NCBI RefSeq assembly: GCF_018350175.1
Contig: NC_058374.1
Location: 136,586,001-136,650,000 of the forward strand
Origin: Felis catus
Taxonomy: Eukaryota
Direction: 5' to 3'
Length of the DNA: 64,000 nt
The notes below the pieces were generated by a model that saw only the letters and a program-made list of their open reading frames with translations, was not told where the DNA came from and did no database searches. Both the position numbers and the translations under genes were made by a program. Below are positions 24,326 to 36,305 of this stretch, piece by piece (position 1 is the stretch's first letter; the number at the start of each line of letters is the position of its first letter).

Positions 24326-25505
24326 GACAAAAAGGTCAAAGGCACCATAATTCCATTCCTTTGCTGCGGGGCCAGGTGGGACCAAAACTATAAAGTAGTA
24401 TCGCCTCCCGGGCCATCACTCTAGCCCTAACTCTATGTTCACTCTAATCCTCTGCTTCGGGGATTTTCTGTTGGCCGTGTACCTGTGGCCCCTGCCGGCT
24501 AGTGAGCCTCCCCAGTGGTGGGATTGGCCGACCTCCCCTCTGGACACCCGGCGCCTACCACGCAGCCTGGTACACGGTGAGCTTCGTTCGCGATGGACCA
24601 TGGCGGACGCCTAGTGCTGCGAGGGCAAGAAAGCTAAGCTAATTTGACCCTTGATTCTGAAAGCTGAACAGGGCCCTCCCTGAGTCTGAGCACGGCGCTC
24701 TGATGAGGTCTGTGTAGGTCGCTTCTGGCTACACGCCACCCTCAGTTTGGGCTCTCAACAGAGAACTCTGAGACATTAATTAATGACTTCAGGACTCGGT
24801 GAGGTAGAGATTAAGACGCATTACGAAACCAATGCGCCCACGCAAGCACCAAGTGACGGGCCATCAAATACACTCCTGACCGCTGGCAAACACAATCAGA
24901 GGGCTGTTTCACTGATACGTGTGTTTATTTGCCAGATAAGTATTAATGTCCAGTTTTTAACAGATGCTATTTATATCTGAATCATAACAAAAGTGCCATC
25001 CATCTGCCTTGGCACCCGAAGAAAACATAATTCAACACAAGAGTAAGAAATGTGCACAGCCAAACAGAAATGGCATCAGAAGTAAAAACTGTTGGAACTA
25101 GTATCGTGGGGAGGAGTGGCGGGGGGGGGGGGGGCGGTGGGAGGAGATTGTCACTTGGAAAAAGTTGCAAGCAACACAAAAGATTTTGGCAGTTAAATCC
25201 GAATACTTGAGAAAAATCTTCTTGTCTAATCTGATTATCATATGGATGTTTTATTATATTTTGGAACACATACCCTAGAAAGTTCCCTTTTTAGCTTTCC
25301 ACACACTCAGTTATTTACTGAGCATCTATACTTTTGGACAATGGGAGAAACAAAGAGTTTAGAGTCAAGAGGACTCAGGGTCAAGGTCGTTCCACTATCC
25401 ACCGTCCAACTTGCAAGTTAATTAACCTCCTCCTGACCCAGTTTCCTCATCTGAAAAACGGAAGTAACACATCTCTTGAAAGGAAATATTCTTTTGTCTC
25501 CAAAG

Positions 25506-25691
25506 TTTTTAATGTTTCTTTATTTTTGAGAGAGAGGGAGAACGAGCAGGGGAGGGGCAGAGGATTGGAAGCAGGCTCTAGGCTCTGAGCTGTCAGCACA
25601 GAGTCCGACGCGGGGCTCGAACCCACGAACTGCGAGATCATGACCTGAGCTAAAGTAGGACACTTAACTGCCTGAGCCACCCAGGTGCCCC
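25506..25691 (-). mobile_element. CAN-SINE
   Basis: Reverse head gagccacccaggtgcccc. Confidence 0.92.
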
Positions 25692-26349
25692 TTTAAAGCA
25701 GGTATTCTTAACCTAGGATCTAGGGAAGCGGTCCACCCGTGTGCTTTGGTAGCTCTTCAAACCCTCAGAGATTAAATGTAAAAGCATTATGAGATGATTT
25801 TTCTAGGGGATATGTTACTTTCACCAGCTTCTTAAAAGGCAGGTGAACCAACAATGCTCAAGTGCCGCCGCTCTACAAGCTGTGGAAGCGTCACGGAAAA
25901 CGTATCTAAAGCACCTGACACACAGTAGGCTGTGTTCCCCATTTGGCAGCTGCTATTATTTTTAGGTCTTGGAAACGTACAGCCACCTGAATCAGAGACA
26001 GCACAGGGCAGAAGACGTAGACAGTTACAGCGTAAGGTGCTGAGCGTCTTCATGGGGTTTTACAAAACCGTGAAAGGAGGGTAAACCGAAGTCAGTCCAG
26101 AAAAAAAACCCAGTAGTAGACAGTGACAGGGTGGAGGCACCAAAGGTATCAGGGTGGGGACATGACCATCACCGCGGGGTCCTCGATGCCTAGACAGGCC
26201 CTGGCATACGGCAGGGGCTCAATGAATAACTGTTAAGAGCAAACAAGGACTGGAACCACCCCAGGGGACAGGACAGCAGCGTTTACAAAGTCCTGGGGGA
26301 CGGGGGAGGGCGGGGGGGACATTCGGAAGGTGTTACTGAAAACTGTTAC

Positions 26350-26485
26350 CGTTCAGAGTACTTTCATTCCAAATATTCCTTCAAATGTGAGAGTCCCTAC
26401 TCTCTCCCTAGCTGGTTAGGACCCCGGGCCTACAACTGAACCATCTGGTAGCAATCGAGCCCTGCCCAGGTTTTACGATGAAGAC
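26350..26485 (-). other. EFCAB6: Inferred EFCAB6 non-coding exon 2 (136 nt)
   Basis: cttttctaacgtgtag|GTCTTC ... GAACG|gtaaca; about 3 kb from the promoter, and size and position fit my recollection of the human 5' UTR exon. No transcript evidence. Confidence 0.55.
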
Positions 26486-26809
26486 CTACACGTTAGAAAA
26501 GCTTTAGTTTTCCAGAGGAATGAAAATGTTTTCTTTGGCCAAAATGAACTCAACCTCTCTTCTTTTCTTAATTCTCTTTTTTCTTGAGTCGACAAGAAGT
26601 TCACGACTAAATCCGCAGCCCAACTGTATTAACCAGTATGGACAATCAGAGTATTTTTCTCTTCTCCAGATGTTACTTTACTATTCTTCTATTTGTATTC
26701 TCCATGATCCTGACTTACGTGTTTTTAGTTTACCGTATCACGTGTATTCTTACAAGTCATCTCAAAGCCTTAGGGGATTTACGGAGTATATAAATATTTG
26801 AGGGCTAGA

Positions 26810-27040
26810 GCACGGGTCAGGAACACACAGGTCCTACTGTCAGGCAATCCTGGAGTAGAAGGCACCCTCCACCATTTATGTGCTTGGAAGGCCCTTAACT
26901 TCTCTGAGTTCCTATTGCTTTATCCATAAAATGGGAAAAGTTAACCGTGCCCTTTTGTAAGCAGGGGGTAAGAACTAAATTTAAAAATGGATGTGAGGCC
27001 CCCAGGCTGTGCCTGGAACACAGTAAGTGCTCAATAAGTA
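26810..27040 (+). mobile_element. MIR
   Basis: ggcccttaacttctctgagttcctattgctttatccataaaatggg...cacagtaagtgctcaataa. Confidence 0.65.
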
Positions 27041-27096
27041 TTAGCCAGGAGTACCAGCACTTTAGGGCCAGTAGTAGGAGAAGTCATAACAGTGCA

Positions 27097-27285
27097 GGGA
27101 CGCCTGGGTGGCTCAGTTGGCGAAGCATCTGACTCTTGATTTCGTTTCAGGTCAAGATCTCACGGTTCCTGGGATGGAGCCCCGCATCAGGCTCTGCGCT
27201 GACAGCATGGAACCTGCTTGAGATTCTATCTCTCTGCCCCCTTCCTACTCTCAAAAATAAATAAATAAACTTTAAAAAAAAAAAA
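27097..27285 (+). mobile_element. CAN-SINE
   Basis: gggacgcctgggtggctcag head, A tail. Confidence 0.9.
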
Positions 27286-27578
27286 GAGAAGAAGGCGTAA
27301 AACTGCTAATAAAGGGAGAGAGAAAAAATAATAACAGTAGCATCCGCAACAAAGCAAACAAAAAAAGAGAGCAGTAAAAGGTCAAAACCAAGAGAAAAAA
27401 AAGAAAAAGGTGGAAAAAGAAGCTCTTTAGACCTGAAAAAATAACATATTTGTATGTTGTCTCTAATGCCAGACTTTTCTCAAACAGATCCCTTCTCCTT
27501 ACAGCTCCTCTTCCCAACGACATAGATATCCTGGAGAGAGTATCTTGTTGAAGGTGAATTAATACTGAAAAATTATAC

Positions 27579-27815
27579 GGGCACCTGGGTGGCTCAGTCG
27601 GTTGAGCGCCCGACTTCGGCTCAGGTCATGATCTCCCAGTTCGTGAGTTCGAGCCCCGCGTCAGGCTCTGTGCTGGCAGCTGGGAACCTGAAGCCTGCCT
27701 CGCATTCTGAGTCTCCCTCTCTCTCTCTCCCCCTCCCCTGCTCAATGCTCCCTCTCGCTATGTCTCAAAAATAAATACAAACATTAAAAAACATTTTTTT
27801 TAAAAAAAGGAAAAA
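27579..27815 (+). mobile_element. CAN-SINE
   Basis: gggcacctgggtggctcagtcggttgagc head. Confidence 0.92.
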
Positions 27816-28866
27816 TTACAAGAATCCCACCTCTATGAGCCTACATTTAAATACACTTCACAAAAAGGCCGGCTCGCTCCTGGTATTTAAAGGCAGAAAG
27901 CAGCCAACCGTCAGCTTCTTGTCTCACATTTTCCCATGCACGTTATGCAGCTGACTTTCCGGTCCTGGCAGGCGACGGGGCCGTCCAGGAGGACCTCCGG
28001 TGACCCCCGGCGACCACCGACCTTAAACGTCCGCTCTCGATACACACCTGGAGAGAAGCTTTCTTAAAGCGACTGCCTTGTCAACAGCCAGGGGCCTCCC
28101 AGTGGCGTCCCGCGCCGGGTGGGCACCCGACCACGAAACATCTTCCTGCAGCTGGTTGTGTCTCCGCGTGCCCGTCGGCCTGTCGGAGTCACAGCGTGGG
28201 CGCTGTGGACCTCTCTGCGCACGGGGAAGAGGTGGGTGGCTGGGAAAGGGCGGGGAAAGCGGAGCAAATGTAAAGCCTCGAGTGAGCATTTCTTGGCCAA
28301 TTTCTGCAAGCACCAGAAGGAGAGGAAACGGAGAGCACGGCGAAGATGCCACCCTTGCCCTCAAGGAGACGGCAGCGAGGTTGAGCGGGAGGCAAATATG
28401 CTCGCAGATAACCCACGGGCTCATGCCTGATTCCCTTTCGAACCCTGCACCCCCCTCCCCCAACTTAGCCCAGTAAACGTTTGTTGAATGGAAGACGACG
28501 GACGAAAGACAGCGATGAAGGGACGACGCTGTGCGAAAGTGGAATTTACGCACAGCATTTCTGAAAGCCCACCCATTTAGGGGCACACGGGACTCGAGGA
28601 ACATTATTAAATTATTAAATTACTCTTTTTTGAAAGACAAGTAAGAGTCCTCTTAACGGGCAACGCATTCTGCGAGGCAAAGACTTTTAGGAGGGAAGGA
28701 GACGGGAGACGGAGAAGGAAAGGTCACCCAGACGGTGACCTTAAACGTGCTCTTTGCAACAGGACGTTTCACAAAGTGCTTTCCGGACAAAATTCCGGAG
28801 GGAGGCAAGGATAACTGTGGGCGGTGCGAGGGGAAAAAAGAATGTTCTAGAAAGAGTTGGGGTTTT

Positions 28867-28890
28867 TTTGTTTGTTTGTTTGTTTGTTTG
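28867..28890 (+). repeat. (TTTG)6 microsatellite in EFCAB6 intron 1
   Basis: Read directly. Confidence 0.9.
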
Positions 28891-29440
28891 TTTTTTAACA
28901 TGAGGCAAGGGCTGGGTTTGAATTCGGGTTCCGCGACTTCCTAGTTGTGTGAAGTCTGGACAACCCCCTTCACCCCACAGGGTCCAAGTCTCCCTCTACA
29001 GGGGGCAGGCAATGACACTCAAGAGCGCTGTGCGGGCAAATGACATAAGGGACATGAAACATTTTGTAAGCCGGAGTGACCCAAGGCAGTGCCACACACT
29101 TCCCGTGTGACCCACACACATCCGGGGGGGGGGGGGGGGGAAGATGTCACTACCTTCCGCGTTGTGGTCCGTCTTCCCCAAATATGACGTCAGCCCACGG
29201 GGAGAGGACCGCACTAGTCACCGCAGTAGCGCCAGGGCCGGCGACGGCGGCTGACACACGTGCTGAACGGGGTAAGCGAGTCACCAGCCCAAGGTCACGT
29301 TTGCGGGAGGGAGGCTAGGCGTCTCGGAGGCGGGCAGCAGCCGTCTCAGGGCTGTGGGACCCTCGGAGCCGCCCGCCCCGGCCCTCCTCTCGCCCTCCGC
29401 TCGCGCGCGGGGTCCGGACGCCGTGGCCGCGCCGCCTTAC

Positions 29441-29570
29441 CCGAGCCCCCTTCTCGATTCTCCGCCTCGCGGGGCCACAGCAGAGCGCGGGGACCCCGGG
29501 CCGCTCGGCCACAGAAGCCCAGCCCACTCGCCGGCTCTAGGACGCTGTTGCCCGAGCAACGGCGACACTC
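29441..29570 (-). other. EFCAB6: Inferred EFCAB6 non-coding exon 1 (5' end approximate)
   Basis: Donor CTCGG|gtaagg at 29440 inside the CpG island, just downstream of X-box and CCAAT motifs; no ATG in the exon. Confidence 0.55.
29547..29560. promoter_or_regulatory. RFX X-box GTTGCCCGAGCAAC
   Basis: Matches GTNRCC-N(0-3)-RGYAAC exactly; near-palindromic; at the inferred TSS of a ciliary gene. Confidence 0.75.
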
Positions 29571-30624
29571 GTTGATTGGAATAGGAGCCTGCGCACCCGA
29601 CAAGGAGAGCAGCTCCGATTGGCTAAGCCGGTAAGTGGAGGGGCGTGACCAGATCTGCCCGGTGCTCCGCCCCCGTGGGGAGGAACTTCCGCCGGAAGCC
29701 TGAGACTTCTGGGCGCGGGAACCCGCGGAGCGCCGGGGCGACGAGCGTCAGGGGAGAGGGTTTCTGCGACGTGGCCTTCGCGCGAGCTGGCGATCGGACT
29801 GGTCCCTCGGAACCGCTTCGAAGCGCGTGGCCAAAGAGAAGCCCGGCCCCACACGAGCGGCAGACTCCCGTGCCTGGAAGAGCCCAGCGTAGCCGCGCGG
29901 GGCCTGGGTCACGACGGAGGGAGGAGCGTCGGTGCGCGGCCCCGAGCACGTGCTGCGGCCTTGCCCAAAGGCAGTGCGCATGTGTGGTTGCGCCCTGCGG
30001 GCCCCCAGGAGCCCGAGAGCCGCGAGGAGGCGGGACCAGCTTGCCCCTCCCTCCGCATTCTCCGCCCCGGGGCCGCGTGACCTGCACAGTCCCCCTGATT
30101 ATTTCCAGTTTGCAGATACGAAGCCGAGGCTCAGAGCGGGGTCTTCTGTCCCGGGACACGCAGCTGGTCTATGGCAGAACCGGAGTTAGAACCAAGGCAG
30201 GCCAGGCCCTGCTCTCCGTTGTCGGGGAGAAGGGACCAGAGGGGCAGCCTTGCTGAGGGGCCCCCTGCACCCATTTCTGGCGGCGGCGAAGCGATCGTCC
30301 GCTGTCACGCTGGGCAACCTGACTGCACATCGCGGGGAAGCTGGTCTTCTCACCGAGGGGTACTGTCATCTTCTCTTGCTCAGACCCCCCGCACCCTCCC
30401 TCCCCATCCCCGGCACCTGGCCTCACCTCCAGTCCCCTCGACTCCAAACGACTGGAGCACACTGTTGTCTCGCAGCCTCTTAGACGCCCATCTCTTCTGC
30501 TCTTCTTCCAAAGAGAGGCTGCTCTTCTTCCAGCCTCTCCACGTCTGCCCTCAATCCCACCCACCCCCACCCCCACCCCCACCCCCCAATGGCCTTCTCA
30601 GAGACTTCATTGCTTAGGTCAGCC

Positions 30625-31120
30625 AGTGCTCAAGAATGTGCCCTGGGAACCGCTGGCGGTCCTGAGACCCTTTCAGGGAGTCCATAATCGTCCAAACTGT
30701 TCCCATAGTAATAGGAAGATGGGACTCGCCTTTTCACTCTTACTTTCTCTTGAGGGGTGCAGTAGGGTTTTCTAGAAGCTACACGATGTGTGACACTGCA
30801 ACAGATTGAATGCAGACGGAGATGGGAGATTCCAGCTGTCTTCTCTGAAGTCAGACATTAAAGAGATTTGCAAAAATATAAAACTGCCTCTCTTTTCACA
30901 CACTTTGTTTTGGAAAGCATAATAATTTTTCATTAAAAAAAGTTCATACGTAATGGGTTTCTTGCTATTTTAAATGAATTGGTAAACAAAATTCAAAATT
31001 TGTATCTGTTTTGTTTCTGATGTGGTAAATATTGATAGAACTCACAAAAACCAAAGCACTTTGGGGTCTTCAATTCTTTTAAGAGTGTAAATAGATCTGA
31101 GGCCAAAAGGTTTGGCCCTG
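30625..31120 (+). mobile_element. Non-autonomous hAT-Charlie-type element
   Basis: ccctttcaggg...gcaacagattgaatgcaga...cagacattaaagagatttgcaaaaat; exact family not determined. Confidence 0.55.
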
Positions 31121-31199
31121 AGAGCAAAAGGGCTTAGGTCATTGCCTCTCCCATAAAGGCCAAGGTCTCATTCCTCCTCCCTCCCTTCCTCCCTCCCCC

Positions 31200-31900
31200 C
31201 CCACCACCACCTCCTTCCCTCATAAAATATGCTCTAGTATCTGACATCTTAAAAAAAAAAAAAATATCTTCTAGCTTCTACCCCAACTCTCCGTAGAGTT
31301 ATCTGTCCACACGGGTCTCTCAGTTACTATTCACTCTCCATCAGTTTTCCCAGAGGCATAGCTCCATGACTCCCCGGTACCTGGTCAGTTTTCATGAATA
31401 TTTCATCTGTCCCCGACTTTGCCTCCCTCGACCTCTCAGGAGCATTCAGCCCAGTGGATCACCTTTCTACCTGAAACACTCTCTTACTGTTCCTCTGAAG
31501 CCATACAACCCTAGTTTCGTCCTAAATCACCAACTACTCAGTTCTCGGGCCCCACTCGTGATTTTTCCCCCCTCTGGCTCTGACCCAGGTGGTGCTCTCA
31601 CACTTATCCCCAGCTGCGACCCCTCCACTGGTATGAATCAGAGACTCCTCTGACTTCAGCCGTCCACACAGCCCTTGGTCCTCTGACCTCCCTGACTCTG
31701 GCCAATGTCAGTAAATGGCACCACTCAAAGCAGGAAACCTTGTCTTCCCTCGGCAAGATCATTGCCTCACCCCCCACCCCCACCCCGCCCCGCCACATCT
31801 AATCCTTCAGCAAAGTCTTCTTGGTTCCATTGCCAGAATATGTACACTGTGATCTCACTCATCCATTGTCACAGCCTCACCAGCACGACCCCACCTAATG
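31200..31900 (+). mobile_element. L2 fragment
   Basis: Pyrimidine-rich L2 ORF2 remnant (cagtaaatggcaccac, catctaatccttcagcaaagtc). Confidence 0.55.
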
Positions 31901-32956
31901 ACAAAATGTAGACAGAGCGTTTCCTGTGGTTCCCAAGGGAATGGCAAGGCAGGGTCAGCAGGCTTAACATTGGCTACTTGGAGTAATGTTGGCAAGATCT
32001 TTACTATCTGTAGAAATTGGCTAACCTTGGGAGGGACAGTCACTCCAGTGTGAGCAAGGCCCCGAGATGGCAAAGCATCAGGAAACAGAAAAATTTTTAA
32101 AACAGAAAAAAAACATGTCTAACCATTCATCTGTTGATGGGCACTATCAACTTGTTTCTTTGGGCTGCAATCAATAATGCTGCCATGAACATTGGCATAC
32201 GAGTCTCTGAGTCCGTCTTTTCAATTTTTAGGGGTGTATTTCTCGGAGTGGAATTACTGGGTTACGTGGCAATTCTCAGTTTAACTTTTACAGGAATCAC
32301 GAACTTTTTTCCACAATGGCTACAGCATGTTACAGTCCCATCAGCAGTGCACGAGGATTACGGTTTCTCCACATCCTCACCAACATTTGTCATTTTCTGG
32401 TTTGGGGGTTTGGTTTTATTCCGATGACAGCCATCCGTAGTAGCCTGAGGCAGCATCTCGCTGTGGTTTTGACTTGCATTTCCCTAACGAGCAGTGATGT
32501 TGACCATCTTTTCACATGCTCATTGGCCATTTGTAGGTCTTCTTTGTAGAAATATTTATTCAAGTCCTTTACCTATTCTTAATGAGGTTGTCTTTTTATT
32601 GAGTTCTGGGAGTTACGTGTTCTGGATATTAAACCCTTATCAGCTGTGTCATTTGCAAATATTTTCTCCCATTCTATGGGTTTTCTTTTCATTCTCTTGA
32701 TAGGGTCTTTTCACGCACAAAAGTCTGTAACTGTGCTGAAGTGTATTGATTTTTTGAATTCCCTTTCTCATAGTGTATTGTTCATATATAGGAAGATCGT
32801 TGCCTCTCTGTATGCTGACTTTATAGCCAGTGACTCTTATGGATCAGTTCCAGCTAATGCTAAGCATCTTTGGTATTTTTAACTTGCACCATCTTGTGTG
32901 CGTGACCTGCAAATGACTTTTATTTTTTCTTCTCTCATCCTTGTATTTTAGATTTG

Positions 32957-33180
32957 TTTTCTTTTTATTTTTTTAATGTTTTATTTATTTTTGAGACAGA
33001 GAGACAGAGCACGAGCAGAGAAGGGGCAGAGAGAGACGGAGACACAGAATCCAAAGCAGGCTCCAGGCTTCAAGCTGTCAGCACAGAGCTCCCTCCACAC
33101 AGGGCTTGAACCCACAAACTGTGAGATCATGACCCGAGCTGGAGTCAGATACTTAGCCGACTGAGCCACCCAGGTGACCC
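32957..33180 (-). mobile_element. CAN-SINE inserted in old L1
   Basis: Reverse SINE, ends gagccacccaggtgaccc. Confidence 0.92.
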
Positions 33181-33299
33181 TAATGTGATGAATTTTTAAT
33201 GTTGAAATTTCTTTGAGTTCCAGGGGTAACTCTTTACTATTTTATATATCACTGGATTAAATTGGCTAATGTTTATTTAGGATGTTTGTCTATTTGACA

Positions 33300-33460
33300 C
33301 CCCAAGTTTTATTGGGTTCACGGCCACACACACATTCATTTACGTGCCACCCGGGGGCGACTTCTGCTCTACGGTGCGGAGTGTAGCCGGTGAAGCGTAG
33401 GCTGTGTGGCACACACGTTGACTCTCTGGCCCTTTGCAAAAACTAGTTTGCCAGTCTCTG
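33300..33460 (-). mobile_element. MER58-like hAT element
   Basis: aagttttattgg..cacggccac..cattcatttacgt ... ctggccctttgcaaaaactagtttgcc terminus. Confidence 0.6.
33344..33362 (+). promoter_or_regulatory. Candidate CTCF site inside a MER58-like element
   Basis: GCCACCCGGGGGCGAC; the central A is C and the last core base is A instead of S. Confidence 0.4.
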
Positions 33461-34690
33461 GTCATTGTCATGAGAGGCAGTGACCAGCGACTTCCCTTTC
33501 TCTGTGATGCTCTGGTCAGATTTTAATACTGAGGTTATACTGGCCTCAGAGTAAGTTGGAAAGTGCTTCCACTTTCCCGGCTCTCTCAAAGCTCATGTGA
33601 TATTTGCGTTTGGCTTCAATGTGGGGGGAAATTCACTGGCAAAGGTATTTTGTCCTAGAGTTTTCTTCGTGGGAGGTTTTTAATAATTGGTTTAAGTTCT
33701 GTGTTACTTATAAGACTATTCAGATTTTCTGTTTCTTCTTGTGTCCTTTTTGGCGACTTATGTTCTCCAAATACTTTGTCTAGATCATCTTAATCGTCAA
33801 GCTTATCAGCGCAACGTTGTTTATAATGTCCCCTTACTACAGGGTCTGTAGGATCTAGGGTGGCCAACCACCTTGCTTGCCAGGGGGTGGAGGGGTTTCC
33901 TGAGACATGAGTCTTTCAGTGTAGACCTGAACAGTCCAGGCAGATTGGGACGGTCAGATCCAAAGAGACACCTTATCTTTTTTTGGTTTATCAATTTTAT
34001 TAGCCTTTTCAAAGAAAATCGCGTCATTGATTTTTGCTCGTTATTTTTCCTTCTTTCTTTCCTTTGGATTTAATTTGCCGCTCTCCTTTTCCTAGCATCT
34101 TGATATGAATATTTAAGTCACTGGTTTTCACCCTTGTTTCTTTCCTAGGTCGTGTTTAAGGCTCGAAATCCCCCTCTAAGCATGAATGTACCTGCATCCT
34201 CCAAACTCTGATAGGATAGATCTTAATTAGCATTCAATTCAAAATCTGGCTTGAATTTCCATGGCGATGTCTCCGTTGACCCATGGTAGTACAGAGCTGT
34301 GTTAAATTAGAGACATTTGGGCATTTTCTAGCTGTATTTTTGTTATTGATTTCCGGCTTAATTCCACTGTGGTCCAAGAAACACAAAGGTAAGATTTTGG
34401 TTTATTGAAATTGTTTGAGACTGACTTTCTGGCTCACCGTATGACCAATTGTGGCAAATGTTAACACTCTTTTCTGAGGGAAAATTATAGGTGAAAAACT
34501 GGTAGCTGGCTGTGTGAGCAAACTGTTTAGTAGGGACTTAATAAATGTCCTTTGAGCTGATCTGAACTCAATTGTGAAGCATATGATTGGGGCAACATAG
34601 CCAAGAATCAGGAAACTGAAAATCCTTATTTCCTTGAATACGGATGATTTTTTTTTCATGTATTTAAGTGACTAAATCAATCTGACATGA

Positions 34691-34895
34691 GGGGCACCTG
34701 GGTGTCTCAGTTGGTTAAGCATCCGACTTCGGCTCAGGTCATGATCTCGCGGCTCATGAGTTTGAGCCCCACATGGGGCTCTGTGCTGACAGCCCGGAGC
34801 CCGGAGCCGGCTTCAGATTCTGTCTCCCTCTCTCTCTGCCCCTCTCCTGCTCATACTCTGTCTCTCTCTGTCTCAAAAATAAACATTAAAAAAAA
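34691..34895 (+). mobile_element. CAN-SINE
   Basis: TSD aatctgacatgagg on both sides. Confidence 0.93.
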
Positions 34896-36021
34896 ATCTG
34901 ACATGAGGTTTTGTCGTATAATTCTCTTTTCTTTTCCTTTTTTTCTTAAGAGCATCTTCACTCCAAAGCTTTTTCCCTGCTCCTGGAAACTTTTCACTTC
35001 CACGCAAAGAGTTAACTTAGGTGTTTTGTTTTTAACAAGATCTCAATTCACCTCATTTGTTTATTGTCCTGAGAAGTCCATAAAAGCCTTTAGATCCCGC
35101 GTGATCTTTGTTCACACAGACCAGAGTTCTATAATGTGATGGTGGCCCCAAGGAGTTTGTTGGAGATTTTCGGTCTTCCTTGACCATACCTTCCAAAGAA
35201 TGCTGCCAGCTCCCTTAGATGTCCTACAGTGGGTCTCCTTTCAACAGGGCCGAACCTATCACCTTGTCCATGATACCTTCCAGCATCATTTAAATGTATA
35301 ACGCTCCCTGCCCAAGAAACTGCTACAGTCTCCACTACTCATTCCCATGCAGGAATCTGCTGCTCAAAACCTTTTGTGATAATCTGGAGAAGCAAGCCAT
35401 GGGAAGTTGTGGCGAAAATATTTTCACACTTACAACATCCAGCAGACAGCTCATTCCGTCAGCAATCAGGAGGAAACCTGGGATCGTGGAGAGCTGTGTG
35501 GCAACAATCCTCTGTCCCTCCCTCCAGGTTTTGAGTGCTCATCACAATGGCGTACGCCTTGGAGACTGGGCACTAAGACGGAGCCTGGAATTATTTCACA
35601 GTCATCAATCATGAGGTTATAAACGGAGGTTACGCCTTCAAGAGGAGAAATACACAGCAGGAGCTGATTAACCCCTAAGAAGTTAAGTACTATTTTCCGC
35701 CTGGTCTATCAGTAAAGAAGGAGGGAACAGCAAACACAGGGCATAGATACATGATGCATCTAAATGGGGGCTGAGGACATCCCTGGGAAATCTGCTACGA
35801 GAGATTTCTCTGACTACTGTCCTTTTCACGGCCTTGTAAGATGGACACCAGAGTCTCCTGAGCTGCCCTTCAAAGAAAAATAAAGAAAGAAAAACAAATG
35901 AGGGTATAAGTAGCTCCTTTGGAAAAGCTACCGTGGTTCTTTTTTTCCTTTACTAAAATAGATGCTTTCTCTCTGATCTTTACCTTGACAGCTGATGCAG
36001 CTTCGCATTTTAGTACAACCA

Positions 36022-36150
36022 NNNNNNNNNNNNNNNNNNNNNNNNNNNNNNNNNNNNNNNNNNNNNNNNNNNNNNNNNNNNNNNNNNNNNNNNNNNNNNN
36101 NNNNNNNNNNNNNNNNNNNNNNNNNNNNNNNNNNNNNNNNNNNNNNNNNT
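36022..36150. other. Assembly gap (N)
   Basis: N run adjoining a SINE tail. Confidence 1.
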
Positions 36151-36305
36151 CAGGGAAAGAGGCCGAGGGAGAGAGAGAAAAATCTTAAGCAGGCTCTCTG
36201 CTCAGCGCAGAGCCTGATGGGGGCTCGATCCCACGACCCTGGGATCATGACCTGAGCCGAAATCAAGAGTCAGATGCTCACCCGACTGAGCCACTCAGGC
36301 GCCCC
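36151..36305 (-). mobile_element. Older pan-carnivore CAN-SINE (SINEC_b-like), tail lost in the N gap
   Basis: gggctcgatcccacgaccctgggatcatgacctgagccgaaatcaagagtcag. Confidence 0.85.

Larger units (their letters stand above)
29150..30330. promoter_or_regulatory. CpG island / EFCAB6 promoter
   Basis: Very dense CpG; X-box 29547-29560, CCAAT (ATTGG) 29575 and 29618, GC boxes about 29640 and 29668, inverted ETS pair about 29686-29698, NRF1-like TGCGCATGTG 29975, CRE 29185. Confidence 0.9.
32110..34460 (-). mobile_element. Old L1 (L1MA/MB-type) fragments, antisense
   Basis: ccattcatctgttgatgggcac...gcatttccct...ttaattccactgtggtc are L1 ORF2/3' region reverse complements; SINE and MER58 inserted. 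Confidence 0.75.

Noticed and set aside
24700-24840. CTGATGAG ... CGAAAC hammerhead-like cores
   Set aside because: Stem II does not pair and there is no room for stem III.
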